A stretch of DNA of 64,000 bases from Methanosuratincolales archaeon (GCA_014361445.1 JACIVQ010000001.1:10174-74173), one strand, 5' to 3'; positions 1-9,075 are shown, numbered from the stretch's first letter. Notes: generated from the letters alone by a model not told the origin. Numbers and translations: made by a program.

Positions 1-660
1 TGTCAGAGCGCCCTCCCCACGCCCACCATGACCATATCCAATCGAAGAAGGTAACCCGATCACGATCCCAGGAAAAAGACTGGTGAATACGGATGGCAAC
101 GCGCCTTCCATTCCCGCTACTACGATCGCCACTTTTACTCCTTCTTCGATGCATCTTTTGGCTACGGGAAATATCCTGTGAAGACCGGCTATTCCCACAT
201 CGTAGAAGGTTAGAGTCTTGAAACCCATTTCATTAATTATTGCGAGAGCCTCCTCCGCGACGGGGATGTCACAGCTTCCTGCGGTTATTATTGCAACGGG
301 AGGATCCTTCAGTGGCGGCGCTTCACCCCGCCTAATGGAGACGACCCGCCCCCTCTCGTAGTAGGTCGTTTTGGCTTTTCCAGAGAAGGTTTTTATGAGG
401 AGTTCGGCTTGGGCAGGCGTCACCCTTGTAGCGATGACTACACTGTTATCCTGGAGAAGCGCATCGGCAGCACCTATGAGCGTATCGTCAGATTTTCCCT
501 CCCCAAAGATGACTTCGGGGACACCTTTTCTTATATTTCTAGATATGTCTATGCAGGCACCCTCCATCTCCTTCAGGGCAAGTAGGCGGATCTTCCGGGT
601 AGCTTCCTCTACATCGATCTTGCCATTCTTTAGTTGGTAGAGTATCTCGCGGAGGTCCAA
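1..660 (-). CDS. larB: Nickel-pincer cofactor biosynthesis protein LarB (PurE-like), truncated at window start
   Basis: Not in the ORF track. Manual translation from TTG at 660 gives MDLREILYQLKNGKIDVEEA...RNIRKGVPEVIFGEGK...ITAGSCDIPVAEEA...YDVGIAGLHRI...AGMEGALPS...GYGHGGRGE, which are LarB motifs. Divergent from larC. Confidence 0.9.
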   Translation of the reverse strand, partial: MDLREILYQLKNGKIDVEEATRKIRLLALKEMEGACIDISRNIRKGVPEVIFGEGKSDDTLIGAADALLQDNSVVIATRVTPAQAELLIKTFSGKAKTTYYERGRVVSIRRGEAPPLKDPPVAIITAGSCDIPVAEEALAIINEMGFKTLTFYDVGIAGLHRIFPVAKRCIEEGVKVAIVVAGMEGALPSVFTSLFPGIVIGLPSSIGYGHGGRGEGALT

Positions 661-722
661 AGCCCACACCAATCAATAAATGTTATATCAGCAATCACAA
701 AAATGAAGTGTGGTGCTAATAT

Positions 723-1910
723 TTGAAGGTAGTGATAATAGATTGTGCCACAGCAGGGGTTTCTGGAGATAAACTGCTCGCAGCGGCGGTGAATGCGGGC
801 GGGAGCGAACTAAAGCTCAAAGTAGAAGAGGCGACCAATTCGATCGTGGGGGAAAGGGCATTCTCTTTTGAAGACGCAGAGCAGAACGGCTTAAGGGGTC
901 TGAGGGTTGCTCACAGCCTTCAGGGTAGGAGGTATGAAGGGGATCTTGTTGAGGCTGTGAGATCAGCCTCCTCCAAGGTGGGTCTAGGTCGCTGGGGCTT
1001 TGGTACCGCAACCTTGGCAGCAGAGTTGATCATGGAAGCAGAGAGGGAGGTCCATGGGGGAGACAAGCTCCACGAGCTGGGAGAGATGGACACCGTTGTT
1101 GACATAGTGGGGACTCTAAAGGTACTTGAAGGGCTCGGACTTGAGGACGCTGAGTTCTTCACCACGCCCTTAAGGGTGGGGACGGGTTACATAAAGGGCG
1201 GGCACGGGATCTTGCCCATCCCTGCACCCGCCACACTCCAGATAGTGAGAAGGGCAGGCATGCCAATTTTGCTTTCGTCCGAGAATTACGAGTACACCAC
1301 ACCTACAGGGGCAGCGCTGCTGGCAGCCCTGACGTACGGGAAGACGACGAGACCACCAGCATTCCGTGTTAGGGGAGTTGGTGTTGGGATTGGTACCTTG
1401 AAGCTGGATGTGCCAAACATAACCCGGATCATAATAGGGGAGAGTGGCGGCTTTTCAGACAAGGTATGTGTGTTGGAGAGCAACTTGGATGACGTGGGTG
1501 GCGAGATCCTTGGATGGCTCTCGGAGAGATTGAAGGGTGTGGCTGAGGATGTCTCCTTTATACCTATATTCATGAAGAAGTCCAGACCGGGGTTCACAGT
1601 CAGGGTAGTTGTTAGACCAGAGATGAAGGACAAGGCGGTCGAAGTGATAATGAAGGAGACCGGGACGCTGGGTGTCAAGGTGCTCGAGTGTGAGAGGGTC
1701 AAGGCAGATAGGGAGTTCGCTGAGGAAACAGTGAAGATAGGGAATTCGGAATACAAAATTAGGGTGAAGAGGAGCAGGACGGCATCGAGGGTCAAGCCAG
1801 AGTTTGATGATTTGAAGAGGATAGCGGTGAATGAGGGCAGGCCCCTGAGGGAGGTAATGGAAGAGGTAATTAGACAGGTCAGAGAGAAATACCAAGAGGA
1901 GAGGAGTTAG
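723..1910 (+). CDS. larC: Nickel insertion protein LarC
   Basis: DCATAGVSGDK N-terminus, HELGEMDTVVD, HGILPIPAPAT, TTPTGAA, ESNLDD, MKKSRPG, ETGTLGV, KPEFDD. Confidence 0.93.
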   Translation: MKVVIIDCATAGVSGDKLLAAAVNAGGSELKLKVEEATNSIVGERAFSFEDAEQNGLRGLRVAHSLQGRRYEGDLVEAVRSASSKVGLGRWGFGTATLAAELIMEAEREVHGGDKLHELGEMDTVVDIVGTLKVLEGLGLEDAEFFTTPLRVGTGYIKGGHGILPIPAPATLQIVRRAGMPILLSSENYEYTTPTGAALLAALTYGKTTRPPAFRVRGVGVGIGTLKLDVPNITRIIIGESGGFSDKVCVLESNLDDVGGEILGWLSERLKGVAEDVSFIPIFMKKSRPGFTVRVVVRPEMKDKAVEVIMKETGTLGVKVLECERVKADREFAEETVKIGNSEYKIRVKRSRTASRVKPEFDDLKRIAVNEGRPLREVMEEVIRQVREKYQEERS

Positions 1911-1921
1911 AGGGGGTTGTC

Positions 1922-2257
1922 TTGGAAGCCTCAAAGAAATTGGAGGTTGAGGATATTAAAGATCTTGCGAGGCTTGTCGCTTCCACCGTTTCCATGGGGC
2001 AGCCCATATACCTCGTGCATTTCAAGCACAACGAGAAGCACTACTATGGGGTTCTAGGGGTTTACAACAACTATTATGATAAATACGGTCTGCCTTTGTT
2101 TTACTACCACGTGACGGACAGGGCATACAATGGAAGGTATGTTCTGGTGAAGATGGACGAGAGGGAGGAAATACTATTCGCTGAGGGCGTTAAACCTGGG
2201 TGGATAGCGGTCCCGATAATAAACCTCAAGGAGAAGCCGGAGTTCGTGGAGATCTGA
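1922..2257 (+). CDS. Conserved archaeal hypothetical protein
   Basis: 111-aa ORF directly after larC with a purine-rich RBS; no recognisable motif. Confidence 0.6.
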   Translation: MEASKKLEVEDIKDLARLVASTVSMGQPIYLVHFKHNEKHYYGVLGVYNNYYDKYGLPLFYYHVTDRAYNGRYVLVKMDEREEILFAEGVKPGWIAVPIINLKEKPEFVEI

Positions 2258-2282
2258 GTTGGCACATGGCAGTGGCAGGCGG

Positions 2283-2651
2283 TCACACAAGGGAGACTTT
2301 GACCCATTCTCCCTGCCTTACCTTTTTTAAGGGCTCTAGATCTGTGACAACCCTTCCGATCACATTTACAGGGCTATATGGCTGTGACTTCCCGTAGAAG
2401 ATGCAGAAGGCCTTCCCAGGAGGCCAGTAAGCAACATCGCCCGCCTGGACGGTGGAACGAGGCTTCTCCGGACCCATGGTGACAGGGGTCTCAAAGTAGA
2501 CCTCCTCCTTCCATAGGAATGCTTTTGAGCTGAAAGGCATAGCCCCCACCAGTGCTTCAACCGTCCTGGGTGCCAAGATACGTGATAGCTCTACTTTGCA
2601 CTCTGCACTCTGAAAAGAGACGAGCACCAAGATCTTGTCAACTATACCCAT
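2283..2651 (-). CDS. Cyclophilin-like fold protein (TM1367/DUF369 type)
   Basis: LWKEEVYF, GDVAYWPPGKAFCIFYG, PVNVIGRV. Confidence 0.85.
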   Translation of the reverse strand: MGIVDKILVLVSFQSAECKVELSRILAPRTVEALVGAMPFSSKAFLWKEEVYFETPVTMGPEKPRSTVQAGDVAYWPPGKAFCIFYGKSQPYSPVNVIGRVVTDLEPLKKVRQGEWVKVSLV

Positions 2652-2663
2652 TAAGCAACCCCA

Positions 2664-2963
2664 CTATGCGGCGGGCACGTAGATGTCGAGGCGGCGACCG
2701 CTCTTGATCGCCTTAAGCAGACCCTGCTTTGAGAGGGTCTCGAGTATATCCTTGGAGATGCTGTATTTCAGGTTGTACTTGGAGTATATCTGGTATGGTG
2801 TTACAAACTTCATCTTAACTACGTCTTTCTTGATCTGGTCCATCACCTTTGGATCAATCAAAATCGTCGTGGATGCCTTTGTGATCTCCCTCTTTGGAGC
2901 TTCTTTCTTGCCAGATTCAAGCTCTTTAGCGGGTTTCGGCTTTGACGTTTTTCCGCCGCCCAT
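2664..2963 (-). CDS. rps25e: 30S ribosomal protein S25e (eS25)
   Basis: Basic 99-aa protein starting MGGGK (ATG at 2963), with FVTPYQIYSKYNLKYSISKDILETL winged-helix core. Confidence 0.88.
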   Translation of the reverse strand: MGGGKTSKPKPAKELESGKKEAPKREITKASTTILIDPKVMDQIKKDVVKMKFVTPYQIYSKYNLKYSISKDILETLSKQGLLKAIKSGRRLDIYVPAA

Positions 2964-3129
2964 ACCATACACCAAAAGCCAAGAGATTGGCATCGAAATA
3001 AAAAGATTTTGGTTTTGCAGTCGCCCTGGGGATTGGACCCCAGAGGAAAATTTTGTCGGGCACTTAAATTCAATGGTAGAGGGATTAAAAATAAAGTTTG
3101 AGCAAGTGCTGCGATAATATTCGCTTATG

Positions 3130-4593
3130 TCATGCCGAAGAAGTCTTAATTGGGGTGCTGTGGGCTCGCTCCAAGATGGGTCTGTGGATGGAGTTCATCG
3201 TGCAGAATGGTATGATTTTTCCATCGGGGAAAGCGTAGTGAATGGTGCACCTATTTATGCGATCAAGATCAAAATTGTAGGGATCCATGAAGTGCATGCA
3301 CCCTATGAGTACAACTTTGCGCATAAACTGTCCCAAGGTATCATAATCCCCATGTAATAGTACGGACGAGACTAGGTCCCCCAGGAGGGAAAGCTTGACG
3401 TGCCTGCTGGCGCCTAGTAGTCTCATCTTTGCCCTTAGCATTGAGCCCCTCGAGGCGTCCTCGTAAACCTTATTGAGGGCGGACATGAACCTCTCGACAT
3501 TGGCATAGCGTGTTATCGGGACGATTTTTTCACCCTCAGGGATGATCATTGTTGCCATTCCACAGTGCTGGTGGTTGGTAAACTCTTGGTACCTTCTCCC
3601 TTTGAGCGCGCCTACGGCCCTCGAGATTGGCAGAACCACTGGGATCGGGTAGAAGTCGCTGACCTTGATCTCGCCGTTTGTTTGCTCCTCTGCAAGTCTT
3701 AGAACATCGGGTATGGTTATCCGCATCTCTCTCAATTTTTTCTTGTCGATCCTGCCTGCCATAGAGACAGGTTGGAAGTTCACGCCCCTGACCACGTCAC
3801 TGTTCCTCGAGGCAAACCTTATTATTGCGCCTATCTGGTCGTCATTTACCCCTTTCACTACCGTTGGGACGAGGACTACGCTGTCCAAGCCAACAGACCT
3901 GCAGTTCTCAATAACCTTGAGTTTTGTCTCGAAGAGATCCAATCCCCTGGCGGTTATATAAGGTCCTGGCTTCATGCCGTCGAACTGAAGGTACAGGGTG
4001 CTGAGACCTGCATCCATGAGTCTCTTGAGGTACTCTATGTCCTTAGCGATCCTTATGCCATTGGTGTTTACCTCAATGTGGTGGAACCCCAGCTCTTTTG
4101 CCATGGCTATGAGGTCTGGGAGATCGTCCCTCACGGTTGGCTCGCCGCCGGAGAACTGGATAGAATTGGGAGGCACAGGCTGGTTCGCCCTGAGGTTCTT
4201 GAGCATAGAGCGGATCTCGTCCTGGGTTGGTTCGTAAAGGTAGCCCGCCGTGGCAGCATTGGCGAAGCATATGGGGCATTTGAGGTTGCACCTGTTGGTT
4301 ACATCGATTATGGAAAGGACTGTGTGGGACCTGTGCGCAGGGCATATCCCACAGTCGTATGGGCAACCCTTCACGGTCTGCGTTCTGGGGTTTTTGACGC
4401 CCTCGCCTATACACTCGTAACCCTCAACCCTCTTGAAGAGCTCATAGTCGCTCCAGTAAATATCCTCAAACCTCCCATGGGAGGGGCAAGTCTTACCTAT
4501 GTAAACAGCGCCACCGTCCTCGTATATCTCGGCATCCAAGACCTGCATACACTCTGGACAGATGCTCTTAGTCCTCTTGATGATCTGCATCAC
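3130..4593 (-). CDS. tes: Radical SAM tetraether lipid synthase (Tes / GDGT-MAS, MJ0619 family)
   Basis: N-terminal CPEC..CPSHG, GCPYDCGICPAH, CNLKCPICF radical SAM motif, HQHCG, DPYNFDLDRINRCTIHY...IIPFC. Confidence 0.88.
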   Translation of the reverse strand: MMQIIKRTKSICPECMQVLDAEIYEDGGAVYIGKTCPSHGRFEDIYWSDYELFKRVEGYECIGEGVKNPRTQTVKGCPYDCGICPAHRSHTVLSIIDVTNRCNLKCPICFANAATAGYLYEPTQDEIRSMLKNLRANQPVPPNSIQFSGGEPTVRDDLPDLIAMAKELGFHHIEVNTNGIRIAKDIEYLKRLMDAGLSTLYLQFDGMKPGPYITARGLDLFETKLKVIENCRSVGLDSVVLVPTVVKGVNDDQIGAIIRFASRNSDVVRGVNFQPVSMAGRIDKKKLREMRITIPDVLRLAEEQTNGEIKVSDFYPIPVVLPISRAVGALKGRRYQEFTNHQHCGMATMIIPEGEKIVPITRYANVERFMSALNKVYEDASRGSMLRAKMRLLGASRHVKLSLLGDLVSSVLLHGDYDTLGQFMRKVVLIGCMHFMDPYNFDLDRINRCTIHYAFPDGKIIPFCTMNSIHRPILERAHSTPIKTSSA

Positions 4594-4653
4594 AGATCAC
4601 GCCGCCAACTTCACCATTAATTTATATTTTAATGTTTTCATATCATTCATAGG

Positions 4654-5403
4654 TTGATACGTGTGTCAGAAGGGGAGGTTTTACGGATTCTGAGGGGTTG
4701 TGGGCTCACCGAGACCGAGGCGAAGGTTTATCTGGCACTGATAAAAGGCAGAGGGGACGCCAAGGAGATCAGCGCGAGGAGCAAGGTCCCATACAGCAAG
4801 ATACACACGGTTTTGACCAGCCTACAGGAGAAGTCGCTGATTACGGCATCGAGCGACAGACCCACCATCTACTCTGCCAAGAGCGTGGGCGAGGGGCTCG
4901 GCGAGTACAAGATCCAGATGCAGAAGGAGATAGAGGAGGCTTTCAAAAGGGCGGAGCAGGTACTGACGGCAATACAGGGAGAGCCCGAGAAGTCAGATAT
5001 CTGGATAATAAAGAGCGGTAATGAGATCTTGAGCAAGGCTTATCAGATGCTCAGGACGGCTAGGAGGGGCGTGAAGCTTGCGTTGCCTGTATTACCAGAG
5101 TGGCTGAGTGATGAGATCCTGCCCGTTCTGACGAGGCTGAGGGCTCAGCAGGTTGAAGTGAACATGCTGGTGACAAAGAACGTCAGTAAAGAAACGATCC
5201 AAAAACTATCTGGACTTTCCACAGTGAGGAGCAGAGACAAGATGTTTGGAGGAGGGATTATTGTAGACGATGCAGAGGTCATGTTGTTCATAGGCGGTAG
5301 CGAGGGTGTGATGGGCACTGCCATTTGGGCAAGCCACCCGGGCTTGGTTCAGCTCGCCAGTACCTACTTTGACTTTTTGTGGGCAGGCTCAGAAGCACCA
5401 TGA
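4654..5403 (+). CDS. TrmB-family transcriptional regulator
   Basis: GLTETEAKVYLALI...SKVPYSKIHTVLTSL HTH; C-terminal PLD-like effector domain ending YFDFLW. Confidence 0.88.
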   Translation: MIRVSEGEVLRILRGCGLTETEAKVYLALIKGRGDAKEISARSKVPYSKIHTVLTSLQEKSLITASSDRPTIYSAKSVGEGLGEYKIQMQKEIEEAFKRAEQVLTAIQGEPEKSDIWIIKSGNEILSKAYQMLRTARRGVKLALPVLPEWLSDEILPVLTRLRAQQVEVNMLVTKNVSKETIQKLSGLSTVRSRDKMFGGGIIVDDAEVMLFIGGSEGVMGTAIWASHPGLVQLASTYFDFLWAGSEAP

Positions 5404-6131
5404 GTCTTCATTGGTACCAAGCCACCCCGCTCTATGGTGAAGTAGTGCCAGATTGTGTCGTGTATGGCGCCCTTCATCTTCCTCACGCGGAGCTGTCTCG
5501 CCAATAACCCCTGCTGGGCAAGCAACGGATCGAATCGGAAGTCTATTATCCCATCCACAAGGTAATCGATCATGGCAGCAAACTCGTCTATTGATTTCAA
5601 GCCTATGTGGTAAGTTGCGAAGATCGGGATGCCCATCATCTTGCAGAACTCAGCCCTCCAGTTCTTGACGGTCTCAAGGGTGGATGTGGGCTCGCTGATG
5701 GTGAAGAACTCTGTCAGGGAGTCAATAAATATGGTACCCTTCCCCTCCATGCCCTCTGCTGTGGAGAGGAGCGTGCCCGTGAGCTCGTGGTGGTCCTTTG
5801 GGTTCTGGACTATGCGAATGCCCTCTGTGGGCTTGGGCTGGGTCCTTGCCCTGAAAGAGAAGCAGTCCACTATCCGGAGCACATTATTTGCCAAAGCCCC
5901 GCGGACCTCGTAGCCGAGGCGTAAGAAGTTGTTTACTATCGATGAGGGGCTATCGTCGAATGTCACGAAGATGCACGGTTCGCCGAGCCTTATCCTGGTC
6001 CCTGCGGCCTGGGCGATTGCGACGGACTTGCCAGTCCCTCCTTCCCCGAAGAGGAGTACAAAGCTGTTCCTCGGCATGCCGTCTGGTAGGAGGGAATCTA
6101 TCATGGGGATTCCTAAAGTGATGTATGACAT
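5364..6131 (-). CDS. KaiC/RAD55-family RecA-type ATPase (single domain)
   Basis: ITLGIPMIDSLLPDGMPRNS, Walker A GEGGTGKS, Walker B IFIDSLT, YLVDGIIDF, LRVRKMKG. Confidence 0.88.
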   Translation of the reverse strand: MSYITLGIPMIDSLLPDGMPRNSFVLLFGEGGTGKSVAIAQAAGTRIRLGEPCIFVTFDDSPSSIVNNFLRLGYEVRGALANNVLRIVDCFSFRARTQPKPTEGIRIVQNPKDHHELTGTLLSTAEGMEGKGTIFIDSLTEFFTISEPTSTLETVKNWRAEFCKMMGIPIFATYHIGLKSIDEFAAMIDYLVDGIIDFRFDPLLAQQGLLARQLRVRKMKGAIHDTIWHYFTIERGGLVPMKTHGASEPAHKKSK

Positions 6132-6315
6132 ATGGCTTCAACGCTTTAATTTTGTGGCTTCTTGCTTAAAAACAAGACCTTTTTTTGGCTCTGTTTTATA
6201 AGAATAATAATTCAACTAATGATTAAAATTAATGATTTTGTAAAAATGACAATTTAAAAGAAAAATATAATAATCCCCATTTTGAACTCTATCGGTATTA
6301 ATTGGAGGGTTTTCG

Positions 6316-7290
6316 TTGGCTAAAAATGGAAAGAGGATTTTGGTTGCCCTAGGTGGCAACGCGATAAAGCAGGCACATGAAAAAGGAACAGCTGAAGAGC
6401 AGTTCAGGAACGTGTACACCACAGCCAAGCACTTGGTGAATATGATAGAACATCTAGGGAAGGACGACAGGCTCATAATAACACACGGCAACGGTCCCCA
6501 GGCGGGGAACTTGGCGCTTCAGCAAGACATAGCTAAAGACGTGGTGCCGCCTCAGCCTCTGGACGTCGTGGGCGCAATGACACAGGGGCAGATAGGCTAC
6601 ATGCTCCAGCAGTGTTTAGAGAATATAATGATGGAGAAGGGCATGAAGGTCCCAGTAGTCGCCATAGTCAATCAGGTGCTGGTGGATAAAAACGACCCCG
6701 AGTTCTTTGGTGAGAACGCCTCGAAGCCGGTGGGCAACTTCCTGACAGAGGAAGAGGCCATGAAGATGAAGGCGGAGAAAGGCTGGATCGTGAAGAAGGT
6801 GAAGCCCAATGCGCCAAAGCCATGGAGGAGGGTCGTCCCGTCCCCAGACCCGATCGCAAATGTTGAGGCAGATGTCATAAAGATACTCGTGGACTCTGGA
6901 GTGGTCGTTATTGCATCAGGAGGTGGAGGGATCCCAGTCATAAAGGAGGACGGGAGGCTGGTGGGCGTCGAGGCTGTCATCGACAAGGACCTGGCAGGGG
7001 AGAGGCTAGCAGAGGTCGTGGAGGCAGACATATTCCTGATATTGACTGATGTGGAGAAGGCAAAGCTGAACTTTGGGAAGCCCGACGAGAAGGAGATCGA
7101 CAGGATGACGGTCTCGGAGGCGAAGAAATACCTCGCAGAAGGGCACTTCCTCCCTGGCAGCATGGGACCTAAGGTTAAGGCCTGCATAAGGTTCCTGGAG
7201 TGGGGAGGAAAAGAGGCGATAATAACATCGCTGGACAAGGCTGTAGAAGCGCTTGAAGGGAGAACCGGCACTCATATTGTGAAGGATTAG
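6316..7290 (+). CDS. arcC: Carbamate kinase
   Basis: VALGGNA, THGNGPQ, AMTQGQIGY, KPVG, WRRVVPSPDP, GGGGIPV, EAVIDKD, GSMGPKV. Confidence 0.96.
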   Translation: MAKNGKRILVALGGNAIKQAHEKGTAEEQFRNVYTTAKHLVNMIEHLGKDDRLIITHGNGPQAGNLALQQDIAKDVVPPQPLDVVGAMTQGQIGYMLQQCLENIMMEKGMKVPVVAIVNQVLVDKNDPEFFGENASKPVGNFLTEEEAMKMKAEKGWIVKKVKPNAPKPWRRVVPSPDPIANVEADVIKILVDSGVVVIASGGGGIPVIKEDGRLVGVEAVIDKDLAGERLAEVVEADIFLILTDVEKAKLNFGKPDEKEIDRMTVSEAKKYLAEGHFLPGSMGPKVKACIRFLEWGGKEAIITSLDKAVEALEGRTGTHIVKD

Positions 7291-7292
7291 CT

Positions 7293-7360
7293 TTGGGCTC
7301 TGGTCTGATGTCACACTTCATCCTTTTTTGTCCGTAATACCAGCACTCATCATAGCCCAA
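7293..7360 (-). ncRNA. Box C/D guide sRNA with two guides complementary to 16S rRNA helix 18 (530-loop region)
   Basis: Minus strand reads TTGGGCT-ATGATGA(C box)-GTGCTGGTATTA-CGGA(D')-CAAAAAAGG-ATGAAGT(C')-GTGACATCAGAC-CAGA(D)-GCCCAA. It has a 7-bp terminal stem, and the guides match the recalled archaeal 16S segments UAAUACCAGCAC and GUCUGGUGUCA. A TTTATTAA box lies about 21 nt upstream. Confidence 0.8.
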
Positions 7361-7380
7361 TTATCCTAACACTTATTTTT

Positions 7381-7452
7381 TTAATAAACTTGACGGACCG
7401 TTCAAAAGGTTTATTAAGATCCATAATAATAATTGGATGGACAATCCGTCCA
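7381..7452. promoter_or_regulatory. Back-to-back TATA boxes with two related 15-bp imperfect palindromes
   Basis: TTTATTAA on minus (7381-7388) and plus (7410-7417); TTGACGGACCGTTCA (7390-7404) and TGGACAATCCGTCCA (7438-7452). Confidence 0.45.
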
Positions 7453-7586
7453 TATAGTGTCATCTCACCCACCAAATTTTTCTACTTTTTTGGGTCAGTA
7501 AGTAGGACAATTGAGTAGTTTAGGCTCTGACCACACTCCTGCCGATAAGGTTAAAACGGGCAATATTTTATAGATATAAAATACTG

Positions 7587-8663
7587 GTGATAGTGTTGTC
7601 GATTAAGGTTGCCATAGTGGGTGTGGGTAACTGTGCATCAGCCTTGGTCCAAGGGACTTATTTCTACAGGGATGCGCCCGAGGACAGAGAGATACCAGGG
7701 CTTTTACACGTCAACATGGGAGGATACCACGTAAAGGATATAGAGTTTGTGGCGGCCTTCGATGTTGACGCCAATAAGGTAGGCAAAGACCTATCAGAGG
7801 CGATATTTGCAAAGCCGAACAACACAAGGAAGTTCTGCGATGTGCCAAAGATTGGGGTTACAGTAAAAAAGGGGCCTGTTATGGACGGTCTGGGCAAGTA
7901 CCTCAAGGAGTTCTTGACCGTAAGCGAGGAGGAGCCCGTGGATGTAGCAGAGGAGTTGAAGAGATCTGGGGTGGAGGTTGTTGTGAACTACCTGCCTGTG
8001 GGCTCTGAGCAGGCAGTGAGGTGGTACGCGGAGGAGGCGATCAAGGCGGGTTGCGCCTTTGTGAACTGCATGCCAGTCTTCATAGCTTCTGATGAGTCGT
8101 GGCAGAAGAAGTTCGCGGATAAGAACCTGCCAGTGGCTGGGGACGACGTAATGAGCCAGCTGGGGGCAACAGTGTTGCACAAGACCATCGCCAAGCTGAT
8201 GGTCGACAGAGGGGTGAGGATAACCGAGAGTTACCAGCTGAACATAGGAGGCGACACTGACTTTTTGAACATGCTAGAGGAGGCGCGCCTGGTCTCGAAG
8301 AGGATAAGCAAGACTTCTGCCGTCCAGGCAATGATCCCATACGATATACCCCTGAGGATCGGACCTTCGGACTATGTCGAATTCCTCGATAACAAGAAGA
8401 TCTGCTACATCTACATAAAAGGGGAGTATTTCGGAGGGACTCCGGTTCAAGTGGATGTAAAGCTGGATGTGTGGGACGCACCGAATAGCGGCGGGGTAGT
8501 GATAGATGTGATAAGGGCATGCAAGATCGCATTGGACAGGGGCATATCAGGGCCGCTCATAAGCGCCTCAGCTTTCGCATTCAAGCACCCACCACAGCAG
8601 ATGCCTTACGAGGTTGCTAAGAGGTGTTTTGAGGAGTTCATAGAGGGTAAAAGGGAGAGGTAG
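7587..8663 (+). CDS. ino1: Myo-inositol-1-phosphate synthase
   Basis: VAIVGVGNCASALVQG, VNYLPVGSE, GDDVMSQLGAT, QLNIGGDTDFLNM, DAPNSGG, FKHPP. Confidence 0.95.
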   Translation: MIVLSIKVAIVGVGNCASALVQGTYFYRDAPEDREIPGLLHVNMGGYHVKDIEFVAAFDVDANKVGKDLSEAIFAKPNNTRKFCDVPKIGVTVKKGPVMDGLGKYLKEFLTVSEEEPVDVAEELKRSGVEVVVNYLPVGSEQAVRWYAEEAIKAGCAFVNCMPVFIASDESWQKKFADKNLPVAGDDVMSQLGATVLHKTIAKLMVDRGVRITESYQLNIGGDTDFLNMLEEARLVSKRISKTSAVQAMIPYDIPLRIGPSDYVEFLDNKKICYIYIKGEYFGGTPVQVDVKLDVWDAPNSGGVVIDVIRACKIALDRGISGPLISASAFAFKHPPQQMPYEVAKRCFEEFIEGKRER

Positions 8664-8686
8664 AGCTGGTAGAGATTTTTACTAGT

Positions 8687-8763
8687 ATTTAATTTTTTGT
8701 AAGAAATTCTTTGAGAAATAAACAAAACAATAAACAAAAAACAAAAACAAAAAAATAAAAAAG
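8687..8763. terminator. T/A-rich convergent terminator region between ino1 and the pyrimidine operon
   Basis: T-runs on plus after ino1; long A-runs (T-runs on minus) after the 8764..9075 ORF. Confidence 0.5.
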
Positions 8764-9075
8764 TTATGGAGTAGGTACAACGGACCTTCCTGAGAACCTT
8801 ATAGCCTCTGCGGCGTTGTCTGGCTTAATCTCGAATGCAAAAGGCCGCTCGCACCACCAGTACTTCTGAGCTTTATCCTCCTTGTAGTATGGGCATATCG
8901 GGCAGCACTTTGCCTCAAGCTTCAGAAGGTACCAGATTGGTGGAGCCTCGTCTGAGGGATAGCTCTTCTGCGGCCAAGGTTTCTCCTTTGAGACGTAGCC
9001 TGGGCACTTCGGGCTTACCCTGGGCTCTTGGTTCAGGATGTTCTTATATTCTGGACATAATATGCAGCATGGCAT
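8764..9075 (-). CDS. Small Cys-rich hypothetical protein with two CCxxCP motifs
   Basis: ATG 13 nt after the carbamoyltransferase stop, with an AAGGGGG RBS; CCILCPEYK and CCPICPYYK; followed by a T-rich terminator. Confidence 0.7.
   Translation of the reverse strand: MPCCILCPEYKNILNQEPRVSPKCPGYVSKEKPWPQKSYPSDEAPPIWYLLKLEAKCCPICPYYKEDKAQKYWWCERPFAFEIKPDNAAEAIRFSGRSVVPTP

Noticed and set aside
5364-6131. Circadian clock KaiC
   Set aside because: Single-domain RAD55/KaiC-like ATPase common in archaea; no kaiA or kaiB
7175-7360. 61-aa minus-strand ORF
   Set aside because: It overlaps arcC antisense and is better explained by the C/D sRNA
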